A stretch of 26,811 bases of DNA, taken from NCBI GenBank assembly GCA_964247135.1, contig CAXTTL010000039.1, positions 1-26,811 on the forward strand. Direction: 5' to 3'. Shown here one piece after another: positions 1 through 8,452 of the stretch (its first letter is position 1; every line of letters begins with the position of its first letter). The translations under genes were made by a program, and so were the position numbers. This DNA is from an uncultured Deinococcales bacterium (GTDB lineage: Bacteria; Deinococcota; Deinococci; Deinococcales; JAAFIG01). Below the pieces are notes generated by a model. That model had not been told where the DNA came from. It was given only the letters and a program-made list of their open reading frames with translations, and searched no databases.

Positions 1-139
1 TCATGTTCTGGCGTTGCAAGCCGGTCCCACGGTCATCCGTTACCTGCCGCCGTTGGTCATCGAACGCGCCGACATTGACCGCGTGGTTGCCAAAACCGCC
101 GAGGTGCTCGAGAAAATCGACGGCAAAAACGCGAAATAA
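1..139 (+). CDS. lysJ: C-terminal end of a class III aminotransferase, probably [LysW]-aminoadipate semialdehyde transaminase (5'-truncated by window edge)
   Basis: Frame starting at base 2 reads [45 protein letters not shown], stop TAA 137-139. [19 protein letters not shown] matches my recollection of the Thermus/Deinococcus LysJ/ArgD C-terminus. Confidence 0.8.
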   Translation, partial: HVLALQAGPTVIRYLPPLVIERADIDRVVAKTAEVLEKIDGKNAK

Positions 140-158
140 AATCTGAATCACACCATTT

Positions 159-190
159 TGGGGCGCATGTCGATGCGTCCCATTGCTTTT
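159..190 (+). terminator. Hairpin after lysJ (possible intrinsic terminator or degenerate REP)
   Basis: tggggcgcat-gtcg-atgcgtccca stem (one G:U) followed by ttgctttt. Confidence 0.55.
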
Positions 191-241
191 GATGTGGCAT
201 CTGAACATGAACCCAAAATTTCCTTTGCTAGACTTCCAAGA

Positions 242-685
242 ATGAAACCGGCTCATTTCATCCTCGGCATTTTAAGCATTGCGGCTCTTGCCACCACACT
301 CAGTTCCCGTGCGTTGGCACGACCTATTTACAACGCGATCATGGAACACCAGTACGGCATTCGAGAAGACAAAAATGCCCGAGCCAGCACCTGCCTGTAC
401 TGTCACACCGACCTCGAGGGCAGCGATTGGAATCCTTTCGGGCTGCAATTGCGAAATACCTTTAAAAACGAGGGTGAAAAACGCCTTCCCGAATCGTTGT
501 ACCTGGTCTTAAAACGGGGCAAAGACTCGGACCAGGACGGTTACAAAGACGTGCTCGAGGTGTTTGCCAGAACTTTGCCAGGTGATCCTGAATCCAAACC
601 TACAGTACCCGCAGCCGAACTCGAGGCACAACTCGAGGCTGAGGGTGGCGTGGACTTGTTCAAACCCGTCATTGCGCGTCAGTAA
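242..685 (+). CDS. Secreted putative monoheme c-type cytochrome with a TSP3-like DxDxDG Ca-binding motif
   Basis: Signal peptide MKPAHFILGILSIAALATTLSSRALA, heme-binding motif CLYCH, and DSDQDGYKDVLEVFARTLPGDP. ATG 242 lies 7 nt after tgcTAGACT (leaderless-type -10). Confidence 0.7.
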   Translation: MKPAHFILGILSIAALATTLSSRALARPIYNAIMEHQYGIREDKNARASTCLYCHTDLEGSDWNPFGLQLRNTFKNEGEKRLPESLYLVLKRGKDSDQDGYKDVLEVFARTLPGDPESKPTVPAAELEAQLEAEGGVDLFKPVIARQ

Positions 686-697
686 TCCAGCGTTCAA

Positions 698-734
698 AAA
701 TCATCCCTCGAGCTGAATGCTCGAGGGATGATTT
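698..734. terminator. Perfect 16-bp hairpin with CTCGAG in both arms
   Basis: aaatcatccctcgagc-tgaat-gctcgagggatgattt just after the stop at 685. Confidence 0.8.
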
Positions 735-1146
735 CATTGGTGCATTAAGGCAAAACTCGAGAATATTTTTGGAATTCTGCTCGTCTGCATCTTCCGCGAT
801 TCAATGGTTTGAAATGTGAGCCTGAAATGTTGCTATCAAAAAAGAAGTTTGATCGGTCTCGTGTGATCAATTGTTGTGGGCGCACAATCGATTTAATGCG
901 TGTGGCTGTAAGCATTTGGTGATTCTAAAAATGTCATTCTTGTCACCAACAGTGCTAGAAGCAAACAATGTGGTTTAAAACAGTTTGCAATCTCGAGCGG
1001 GTCAAAAACCATTGAGCTATCGAATTGAAATTTGGCTTGCATCACCTCAGTGTGTTCTCAATAAGTTTATTAAAGCGATATCAATCAGGGTTATTTCAAC
1101 AACACGACCTCTCAAAAACCGACGTTACGGAAGAAAGGCTGGTTTC

Positions 1147-2409
1147 ATGAAAAGTACGATCCAATTTGAAAACAATTTCAAAAACATTGGCAAGGTTTGT
1201 TTGTTCAGTCTGACACTGCTGGGATTCAACGCTTGCAATTCGAGTCCTGCGTCAAATCAAAGCTCGAGCAACCCCACCCAGACACGAACGATGGCAATTC
1301 AGTACGCTGTGCCGGAAGCCGATGGTCAGGGGCGAAGCGTCTGGTTAGGTGGACGCTCTGTGTGGTTGGGTGGACGTTCTGCTTGGGCTGGGGGACGATC
1401 TGTCTGGCTAGGTGCAGATACCAGTATTACTCTCGCTGAAAACTACGACGCCTGGAAACAAATACACCTTGATACAGCACAGGGTCTTGCGAAAAAATTG
1501 GGTGCAGGGGTCAAGGTTGCCGTGATAGATACTGGCGTGGATTACACGCATCCTGCTTTTCAAGGTCGTATGGCAAATCCTTCCGAATGGCGCGATTTTG
1601 TTGACAATGACAACGATCCACAAGAAGTCGGTGTTGGTGGTGTGGATGCTGGTTTTGGTCATGGAACTGGTGTGGCTGGGGTGATCGCACAAATTGCCCC
1701 CAAAGCAATCATCTTACCGATTCGGGTGCTTGGACCAAATGGTTCTGGCGATGCCACTGTGGTTGCCAAAGCCATCAAGTACGCGGTCAGCGTTGGCGCT
1801 CAGATTATCAACTTGTCACTTGGAACAGCGGGCTTTGATTGTGATCTTCAGACTGTGTTATCCCAGGATGTACCCGAAGGGGTTTTTGTGGTGATGTCGG
1901 CGGGTAACAATGGCACGACAAATATTCCTTACCCAGCGGCAACAAGTAGGTACAGTCCAAATCTGTACTATAGTGCCGATCCAGCTTTGAAAGCACAAGT
2001 TCTGGCTTGCGGTGTGACCTCGAGCAGGAGTGATGCGTTAACCAATCGAACCGTTGGCGTTGGCAGTGTGAGCACCATCAATTTGGATCATAAATCAAGC
2101 TTTAGCACTTACGGAAAATATTTGGAAATGCTTGCCCCAGGTGAAGGAATCTACACGGCTGTTCCTGGTGGTTTGTTGGGTTCTTGGAGTGGAACAAGTT
2201 TTGCTGCCCCAATGGTTTCTGGAGCACTTGCCTTGGCTGCCGCCGAAACCCTGAAATCAACGGTCAGTATGCCAATGTTGGCGCGTTACGTTTCAATCAG
2301 TGCGGACAATATTGATGTTGCCAATCCTGAGTATGCTGGACTGGATTACTTGGGACTCGGACGATTAAACATCTATGCTTTCATCAAGAAAACAATCGTT
2401 CCTCAATAA
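1147..2409 (+). CDS. S8 subtilisin-like serine protease lipoprotein (subtilase 1) with 4x heptapeptide repeat before the catalytic domain
   Basis: Catalytic motifs VAVIDTG (Asp), HGTGVAG (His), GTSFAAP (Ser) and oxyanion SAGN; lipobox-like LLGFNAC. Start moved to ATG 1147 because the upstream extension of the 985 ORF looks non-coding. Confidence 0.92.
   Translation: MKSTIQFENNFKNIGKVCLFSLTLLGFNACNSSPASNQSSSNPTQTRTMAIQYAVPEADGQGRSVWLGGRSVWLGGRSAWAGGRSVWLGADTSITLAENYDAWKQIHLDTAQGLAKKLGAGVKVAVIDTGVDYTHPAFQGRMANPSEWRDFVDNDNDPQEVGVGGVDAGFGHGTGVAGVIAQIAPKAIILPIRVLGPNGSGDATVVAKAIKYAVSVGAQIINLSLGTAGFDCDLQTVLSQDVPEGVFVVMSAGNNGTTNIPYPAATSRYSPNLYYSADPALKAQVLACGVTSSRSDALTNRTVGVGSVSTINLDHKSSFSTYGKYLEMLAPGEGIYTAVPGGLLGSWSGTSFAAPMVSGALALAAAETLKSTVSMPMLARYVSISADNIDVANPEYAGLDYLGLGRLNIYAFIKKTIVPQ
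1330..1413 (+). repeat. Four tandem 21-bp coding repeats: GRSVWLG GRSVWLG GRSAWAG GRSVWLG
   Basis: gggcgaagcgtctggttaggt / ggacgctctgtgtggttgggt / ggacgttctgcttgggctggg / ggacgatctgtctggctaggt; differences are mostly synonymous. Confidence 0.95.
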
Positions 2410-2422
2410 ATAAACTGAAAAT

Positions 2423-2465
2423 CTCGAGTCTTGATTGATGCAGATCAGGACTCGGGTGGTTTCTT
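2423..2465 (+). terminator. Hairpin after subtilase 1
   Basis: ctcgagtcttgat (2423-2435) pairs with atcaggactcggg (2444-2456) with 2 G:U pairs; followed by tggtttctt. Confidence 0.6.
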
Positions 2466-2477
2466 GAGTTTGAAGAC

Positions 2478-2618
2478 TCATACGGAATTAACGAGAACAC
2501 TCCGTTATTCCGCTTCGCTCTACAACTCCGTTAACCTCGTTGATTCCGTACTTTTGCCACTCCCGTTGGTCGGGGGAAGAGTCGATAAAGCATGACTGTT
2601 CCCCGCAATTTGGTATCA
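2478..2618. repeat. ~140-bp modular palindromic intergenic element (SNR/MITE-like, Deinococcus-Meiothermus type)
   Basis: Ends tcATAC...GTATca. 15-bp IR 2481-2495/2536-2550 enclosing actccgtta twice and cgcttcgctc; core ctcccgttggtcggg; second 11-bp IR 2573-2583/2594-2604. Only one copy is in the window, and the family resemblance is from memory. Confidence 0.6.
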
Positions 2619-2715
2619 GATTGCTCACAACGGAATTGAACAGGTGTGATAGCACTCAAGCAGTAGGCTCCAAACAGCAGAACCAACCTTCGGGTTTTGC
2701 CAAACACTGAATCGA

Positions 2716-4725
2716 ATGGTGATTAAAATGTCGATGAACGCTGCGAATTTCAATACCAATCATTCTCGAGTACCACGCGTGCTCGAGGTTGATGATTTGA
2801 TTGATAATGCGCAAGCGGCACTTGAAAAAGAACCTGCTCAAGCGCTCGATTTCGCTCTGATGGCTGAACAATTGGCAAGCGATGGTCAGTATTTTGATGG
2901 TTTGGCAAAAGCACTGTTTATCGCTGGCAATGCACAACATAAACTCGCACATTTCAAACCAGCAATAACCTTGCTGGTTGCAGCCGAGTTACACTATCGC
3001 AATCTCAGTGACAAATCTGGTGAGCTTGATACACTGCTCGAACTGAATCGTGTTTATCGAGCCATTGGCGATATTGCATTGGCTGGTGATTGCCTGAATC
3101 AAGCACTTGGTTTAAGTCATGATCTTAAAAGAGATGATGCTCGAGCTGATGTCTTTAATGGTCTTGCAGCCATATCACATACCTTGGGTGATGCCAAACA
3201 AGCACTGCAATGCTTACTCCAATCACTTGAGATTCGTCGTGTGATTGGAGATCGAAAAGGCGAGATTGACTGTCTAAACAATCTAGGTGTTCTGCAAAGA
3301 CACGCTGGAGAATATGCAAGTGCAGTTGAAACGCTTTTTGAATGCCATAAACTGATACGAGAACAAGCTCGAGAACCTGTTTTGGAAACGGCTTGCCTCA
3401 TGAATATTGGTACGGTTTATCAGGATCAGGGGCAATATGATGCCGCTTTGGTTCAATTCCAAAGCGTTCTTCAGATTGCACAAACCGCAAACCTGCCACA
3501 ACTCGAATCAATCGCTTTAACAAACCTTGCCGAGACGCATTTACTCATGGGTTCTTTCAGCGAAGCCTTATTGCTTTATGATGAAGTGTTTGTCACTGCA
3601 CAAATGTCAGGATATTCGGTAACCGAGATCGACGCCCTTGAAGGGATCGCTCGGGTTCATATCAATCTTGGACAACCCAGAAAAGCCCTGTCTGCCATTG
3701 CTCGAGCGCTTGAGATCAGCCGCAATTCTGGTGACCGTCACCGTGAAATTTTGCTGCTCTTAGACCTCGCCAAAACTCAAAATTCTTTGGGGGACATCCA
3801 TCAAGCCATCGACGCGGCTCGAGAAGCCATCGGACTTGCGACCAATGCCAGCGCCAAAAAGCTTCATCACGACGCTCAAGTTCAACTCTCCAGCCTGCTC
3901 GAGTCGGCTGGCGATGTGGCTGGCGCGTTCAAACATTACAAAATCGCGCATCAACTCGAGCGCGAGTTGTTCAACGAAGAATCCGACCGGCGTTTGCAAG
4001 GTTTGAGTGCCAGGTTCGACCTCGAGCGAGCCAGGGCGGAAGCCGAAATTTACCGCGAGCGAACCTTAGAGATTGAACAGGTCAACAAGACCCTCGAGCA
4101 CAAGGTTAAAGAGCGCACACTCGACCTTGAACAGGCTCAGATTGAAACCGTCACACGGCTGGCGCTGGCTGCCGAATACCGAGACGACAACACCGGTCAG
4201 CACACCTACCGCGTGGGTCATTACGCCGCCCTGCTGGCACAAGCCATTGGGATGCCAGAACTCGAGGTTCAGGCGCTGAGGATCGCGGCGCGACTTCACG
4301 ACGTGGGTAAGATTGGTATTTCTGACCTAATCCTTTTAAAACCAGGCAAACTGACCCCGAATGAGTACGAACTGATCAAAGACCACACCACCATCGGCGC
4401 TCAGATTTTGTCCGGCGGGAAGTCATCGATTTTAAAACTGGCAGAAGAAATCGCCATGACCCACCACGAACGCTGGGATGGCAACGGCTACCCGAACCAA
4501 CTTGCGGGCGATCAGATTCCATTGGTGGGTCGAATTGTGGCGGTCGCCGATGTTTACGATGCGCTGACCACCGAACGACCCTACAAAAAGGCTTGGACGC
4601 ACGAGGAATCGATCAGCGAACTCGAGGCTCAGGGCGGCAAGATGTTCGATCCGAAGATTATTGAAGTTGTGCGGGTTGCCTTGGCTTTCATCCCGAATGT
4701 GCAACCCTTTCCCGAACATGAGTAA
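2716..4725 (+). CDS. TPR-repeat HD-GYP c-di-GMP phosphodiesterase
   Basis: N-terminal ~420 aa of helical TPR-like repeats (e.g. CLNNLGVL, CLMNIGTVY), a coiled-coil linker, then RDDNTGQH, RLHDVGKIG, HHERWDGNGYP, VADVYDALT and RPYKKAW. No TM segment. Exact start uncertain (2716/2728/2734). Confidence 0.92.
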   Translation: MVIKMSMNAANFNTNHSRVPRVLEVDDLIDNAQAALEKEPAQALDFALMAEQLASDGQYFDGLAKALFIAGNAQHKLAHFKPAITLLVAAELHYRNLSDKSGELDTLLELNRVYRAIGDIALAGDCLNQALGLSHDLKRDDARADVFNGLAAISHTLGDAKQALQCLLQSLEIRRVIGDRKGEIDCLNNLGVLQRHAGEYASAVETLFECHKLIREQAREPVLETACLMNIGTVYQDQGQYDAALVQFQSVLQIAQTANLPQLESIALTNLAETHLLMGSFSEALLLYDEVFVTAQMSGYSVTEIDALEGIARVHINLGQPRKALSAIARALEISRNSGDRHREILLLLDLAKTQNSLGDIHQAIDAAREAIGLATNASAKKLHHDAQVQLSSLLESAGDVAGAFKHYKIAHQLERELFNEESDRRLQGLSARFDLERARAEAEIYRERTLEIEQVNKTLEHKVKERTLDLEQAQIETVTRLALAAEYRDDNTGQHTYRVGHYAALLAQAIGMPELEVQALRIAARLHDVGKIGISDLILLKPGKLTPNEYELIKDHTTIGAQILSGGKSSILKLAEEIAMTHHERWDGNGYPNQLAGDQIPLVGRIVAVADVYDALTTERPYKKAWTHEESISELEAQGGKMFDPKIIEVVRVALAFIPNVQPFPEHE

Positions 4726-4833
4726 GGTTTACAACTCCTGAACATCAATTCGGCAAAATTCACACTCTAGATTCCACCTCTCACGCCGCAACCCTTATAG
4801 TGTTGCAATGGACTCCAGGGTGGTGAGGTTTTA

Positions 4834-6441
4834 ATGCAGACGTTCTCGCAGTACGCTGCCACGCGTCCACTCCGATCATCCTCGAGTGGCACGGCAATTG
4901 GTGCGGGTACGGCGGTTGCCGAAAGCATTCAAACTTTCGCTGGTGTGGACGTGGTGACTGGAATGCCCGTGATCGTTTACACCATGCCTGGACAACCGCC
5001 CAGCATTGCTGAGGTTATCAGTGAAAGCATTCCTGTGGTGCTCGAGACTGGAATCCAAGACCAAATGGGTTTTGTGGTTGTCTCGAGCGCCCCTGGTTAT
5101 TTGCCGTTGCGGCTCGGGGTGTCTCAGGCGCGGCTCGAGTGGTTGACGAAATGCAGCGCCAAAGCCTTGTCCGACGCGCACGCTGGCGGTCTGGTGCACG
5201 GTGATTTCAACCCAAGCCACTTTTTTGTGCAGGGCGACCATTTGCTGCTCGAGGGTTGGGGTTTGAACTGGCAGAACGCCCAACCCGATTTTACCCCGCC
5301 CGAAGGTCAAGGCACGGCAGCCGCCGACGTGTTCGCCTGGGCGCGAACCATGCAAGCTTTTGGCAAAGGCGATCCGCGCAAATTGCTCGACGGCGAGATG
5401 GGACGCCTGATTGGGCATTGCCTGAATCCAAAACCTCAAGAACGCCCCACCGCGCTCGAGCTGGTGATTGCGCTCGAGCAAGTGATTGGCAAGAAAATCC
5501 TGAAACCTGAAGTCAAAACCGTACATTTGGATCAACCAATCGAATCTGAAATCAAACCTGAGAAACTCGAGAACACGCTATCAATTGTGCCAGAGACGCT
5601 CGAGACGCCAAGCGCTCAAACGATTGAGCCTTTAAAGCTTGAACCAACCCAGACCGTTGACCCACTGATGCCGATTGATGAGGGCATCAAAATTGTTGCC
5701 ATCGCCAAAGCCCCAGAAGGCATTCAGATTGGTGAAGCGCAAACCTCGACCGACCCAGCGCCATTGAATCCACCAACGCTCGAGAATCCAACCCCAACTC
5801 AAGCTCAAGTCCTCGAGCCAAACAGCCAATCAGAACATGACCTGCGCGAACCAGAGAACCTTGCCGCAGACGAACCCGACATTGTGCCCAGTGTTCGCCC
5901 AGAGCACGAACCCGTGCCCTTGCCAAGTCACGATGGCAGCATCGAACCAGGAGTTGTGCTCTACAAAGACGGACAACCGCCTGGCGACACCATCCGAGTC
6001 GGCTTTGACGATGATGATTCCTGGCGAAGTGTCAAACAGTATACAAGACCAAAAACCAATCCACTGATTCTTCCAATCGCACTGGTCGTGGCGGTCTTGC
6101 TTGGAATTTTGGGCGTTGTTTTACTGATCCGAAAAGCTCCACCAGCCACAACGGGCAACAGCATTCAAACCCCGTCAATTACGAATCCAAGCCAGAACAG
6201 CATTGTGAATTTTATTCTGAAATCCTCGAGCAACCAAACGGCGCGATTGACCGTGATTTCCGCCCCAGCCAAATCCAACCTCGCATCGGGCGCGTTGCTC
6301 GCCACCATCCCAGGTCCGGTCTTGTTCCCGTACCCTGGCGTGTACAAAGTGCGGGTCAGTATGCCCAATTTTGCCCCAGGCGATGTGACTGTGAACGTGC
6401 CGCAAGACAAAGAGATCGTGATTCAATTGCGGCAACCCTAA
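4834..6441 (+). CDS. Membrane-anchored Ser/Thr kinase-like (probably pseudokinase) protein with Pro/Glu-rich linker and extracytoplasmic C-terminal domain
   Basis: LSDAHAGGLVHGDFNP, FTPPE, AADVFAW and CLNPKPQERPTA resemble kinase subdomains VI-XI; TM helix LILPIALVVAVLLGILGVVLLI; RBS gagg upstream. Confidence 0.75.
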   Translation: MQTFSQYAATRPLRSSSSGTAIGAGTAVAESIQTFAGVDVVTGMPVIVYTMPGQPPSIAEVISESIPVVLETGIQDQMGFVVVSSAPGYLPLRLGVSQARLEWLTKCSAKALSDAHAGGLVHGDFNPSHFFVQGDHLLLEGWGLNWQNAQPDFTPPEGQGTAAADVFAWARTMQAFGKGDPRKLLDGEMGRLIGHCLNPKPQERPTALELVIALEQVIGKKILKPEVKTVHLDQPIESEIKPEKLENTLSIVPETLETPSAQTIEPLKLEPTQTVDPLMPIDEGIKIVAIAKAPEGIQIGEAQTSTDPAPLNPPTLENPTPTQAQVLEPNSQSEHDLREPENLAADEPDIVPSVRPEHEPVPLPSHDGSIEPGVVLYKDGQPPGDTIRVGFDDDDSWRSVKQYTRPKTNPLILPIALVVAVLLGILGVVLLIRKAPPATTGNSIQTPSITNPSQNSIVNFILKSSSNQTARLTVISAPAKSNLASGALLATIPGPVLFPYPGVYKVRVSMPNFAPGDVTVNVPQDKEIVIQLRQP

Positions 6442-6454
6442 AACTCGAGCATCA

Positions 6455-6486
6455 AAAAATCCCACCGCGAAATGGCGGTGGGTTTC
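6455..6486. terminator. Bidirectional terminator between the convergent kinase-like gene and typA
   Basis: cccaccgc-gaaatg-gcggtggg (6461-6482) flanked by an A-run and ttt. Confidence 0.75.
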
Positions 6487-6504
6487 AAAATCAAAACTCG
6501 AGCT

Positions 6505-8286
6505 TTATTTACGCATGTTGGGTTCAAGCACGCGCTTGCGAAGGCGAATGCTTTGCGGCGTGACTTCGACCAGTTCATCGTCCGAAATGTACTCGAGTGC
6601 TTCCTCGAGGCTCATTGGACGAACTGGAGTCAAACTGACGGCATCGTCCGCGCCACTGGTGCGCATGTTGGTCAGTTTCTTGGATTTGCAAACGTTGACG
6701 TTCAAATCCCCAGCGCGTCCGTTGCTGCCGACAATCAAACCGACGTAAACCTCTGCGCCAGGTTCGATAAAGAACACGCCACGATCCTCGAGTTTCCAAA
6801 TCGCGTAAGCGAAGGCATTGCCTGGCTCCATGGCGACCAAGCTGCCGTTCTGACGGGTTTTGATCTCGCCGGCAATCGGGGCGTAACCGTCGAAGACGTG
6901 GTTCATGATGCCCTCGCCCTGGGTCATGGTCAAGAAATGCGTGCGGAAACCGAACAGGCTGCGGGCTGGAATCTTGTACTCGAGCCGCACGCGTCCGCCT
7001 TGGTTGTCCATGTTGATCATGTCGCCCTTGCGTGAACCGAGCGTTTCCATGACTGGACCCATTTTGCCTTCGGGAACGTCAATCACCAGATGCTCGTAAG
7101 GTTCGTGGTTGACACCGTCAATCATGCGGGTAATGACTTGCGGGGTGGAAACCTGCAACTCGTAACCCTCGCGGCGCATGGTTTCGATCAAAATCGAAAG
7201 GTGAAGCTCGCCGCGCCCCGAAACCACGTAATCTTCGCCTTTTTCTTCGACGCGCAAGGACACGTTGGTTTGAGCCTCTTTGAACAGACGATCCCGAATG
7301 TGACGGCTGGTGACGTACTTGCCCTCTTTGCCCGCGAATGGGCTGGTGTTCGGACCAAAGGTCATCGATACGGTTGGCTCGTCCACGGTGATGGTCGGCA
7401 AGGCTTCGGGGTCGGCAAAATCGGCAACGGTGTCGCCCACGCCAACATCCTCGAGTCCAGACAGCGCTACGATATCTCCCGCGTAAACCTCTTCAACCTC
7501 GAGCCGTTGCAAACCCATGTGGGTGAACGGTTGGGTCACTCGAGCCTTGCTGGTCGAACCGTCTTTGTGCATCAACATCACGTACTCGTTGCGTTTGACC
7601 TTGCCGCGTGTGATGCGCCCCAAGGCGATGCGCCCCAGGTAATCGGAGTAATCGAGGTTGGTCACGAGCATTTGAAACGGCTTGTCAATTTCGGTGGCTG
7701 GGGCTGGAACGTGTTTGACAATCAATTCAAACAGTTCGTCGAGGTTTTCTTTGGGGACTTTCAGGTCGGCAAATGCCTTGCCTTCACGTGCAATCGCGTA
7801 AATGATCGGAAAATCGAGTTGTTCGTCGGTCGCGCCCAAGTTCGCCATCAAATCAAACGTCAAATTGACGACTTCGGTGATGCGCTCGTCTTTGCGGTCA
7901 ATCTTGTTGATGACCACAATCGGATGCAAACCAAGCTCGAGCGCCTTTTTCAGCACGAAACGGGTTTGCGGCATTGGACCTTCGGCGGCATCCACCAACA
8001 ACAAACAACCGTCCACCATGCCGAGCACGCGTTCGACCTCGCCACCGAAATCGGCGTGACCTGGCGTGTCCATGATGTTGATCTTGATGTCGTGAAAGAG
8101 CACAGCCGTGTTTTTGGACAAAATCGTGATGCCACGTTCACGCTCGAGATCGTTCGAGTCCATGACGCGTTCGGCAACCACTTGGTTGTCCCGAAAAGTG
8201 TGCGTTTGACGAAGCATACCGTCCACCAGGGTTGTTTTACCGTGGTCAACGTGAGCGATGATGGCAATGTTCCTAAATTCCTGCAT
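6505..8286 (-). CDS. typA: Translational GTPase TypA/BipA
   Basis: MQEFRNIAIIAHVDHGKTTLVD, ERERGITI, DTPGHADFGGEVER, NKID, GRGELHL and C-terminal KKLTNMR...SLEEALEYI..DELVEVTP. Start at 8286; the ORF-track extension to 8502 is taken as leader. Confidence 0.98.
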   Translation of the reverse strand: MQEFRNIAIIAHVDHGKTTLVDGMLRQTHTFRDNQVVAERVMDSNDLERERGITILSKNTAVLFHDIKINIMDTPGHADFGGEVERVLGMVDGCLLLVDAAEGPMPQTRFVLKKALELGLHPIVVINKIDRKDERITEVVNLTFDLMANLGATDEQLDFPIIYAIAREGKAFADLKVPKENLDELFELIVKHVPAPATEIDKPFQMLVTNLDYSDYLGRIALGRITRGKVKRNEYVMLMHKDGSTSKARVTQPFTHMGLQRLEVEEVYAGDIVALSGLEDVGVGDTVADFADPEALPTITVDEPTVSMTFGPNTSPFAGKEGKYVTSRHIRDRLFKEAQTNVSLRVEEKGEDYVVSGRGELHLSILIETMRREGYELQVSTPQVITRMIDGVNHEPYEHLVIDVPEGKMGPVMETLGSRKGDMINMDNQGGRVRLEYKIPARSLFGFRTHFLTMTQGEGIMNHVFDGYAPIAGEIKTRQNGSLVAMEPGNAFAYAIWKLEDRGVFFIEPGAEVYVGLIVGSNGRAGDLNVNVCKSKKLTNMRTSGADDAVSLTPVRPMSLEEALEYISDDELVEVTPQSIRLRKRVLEPNMRK

Positions 8287-8418
8287 GAAAAACCTCGAGT
8301 CGGGCTGAGAAAGTAACAAACCCAAAAAACTCGCCCGATACTCGAGATTCGAGTTGGGCGGCGATGAAAGGCGTGAATTCTCGGGCGTGTTGGCTCGAGC
8401 GCCCGAAAGAGTGTAGCA
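8287..8418 (-). promoter_or_regulatory. typA promoter (extended -10 TGcTACACT) and structured 5' leader
   Basis: Reverse complement of 8410-8418 is tgctacact. Hairpins at 8381-8406 and 8332-8360, the latter followed on the minus strand by a U-run (A-run 8324-8329). Confidence 0.55.
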
Positions 8419-8452
8419 CGAATAACGGGGGATGAAATGGTAAAACAGGTTC

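Noticed and set aside
1116-1128. AAACYGACGTYAC shared upstream of both subtilases (also 15225-15237, minus strand)
   Set aside because: An 11/13 match between regions of about 460 and 300 nt is expected roughly once by chance, and the distances to the starts differ.
985-1146. N-terminal extension of the subtilase 1 ORF (likewise the extensions of typA to 8502, gltB to 19583 and the cytochrome to 158)
   Set aside because: Signal peptides, RBS or -10 positions and family N-termini point to the downstream starts.
735-1146. Possible c-di-GMP riboswitch upstream of subtilase 1
   Set aside because: I could not find the GEMM consensus elements by eye; an Rfam scan would be needed.
1330-1413. 21-bp tandem repeats as a possible CRISPR array or VNTR
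   Set aside because: No spacers, in-frame coding, synonymously diverged, and no cas genes in the window.
6472-8316. Long + strand ORFs (187 aa and 408 aa) opposite typA
   Set aside because: Antisense shadows of a conserved gene with biased codon usage; no recognisable motifs.
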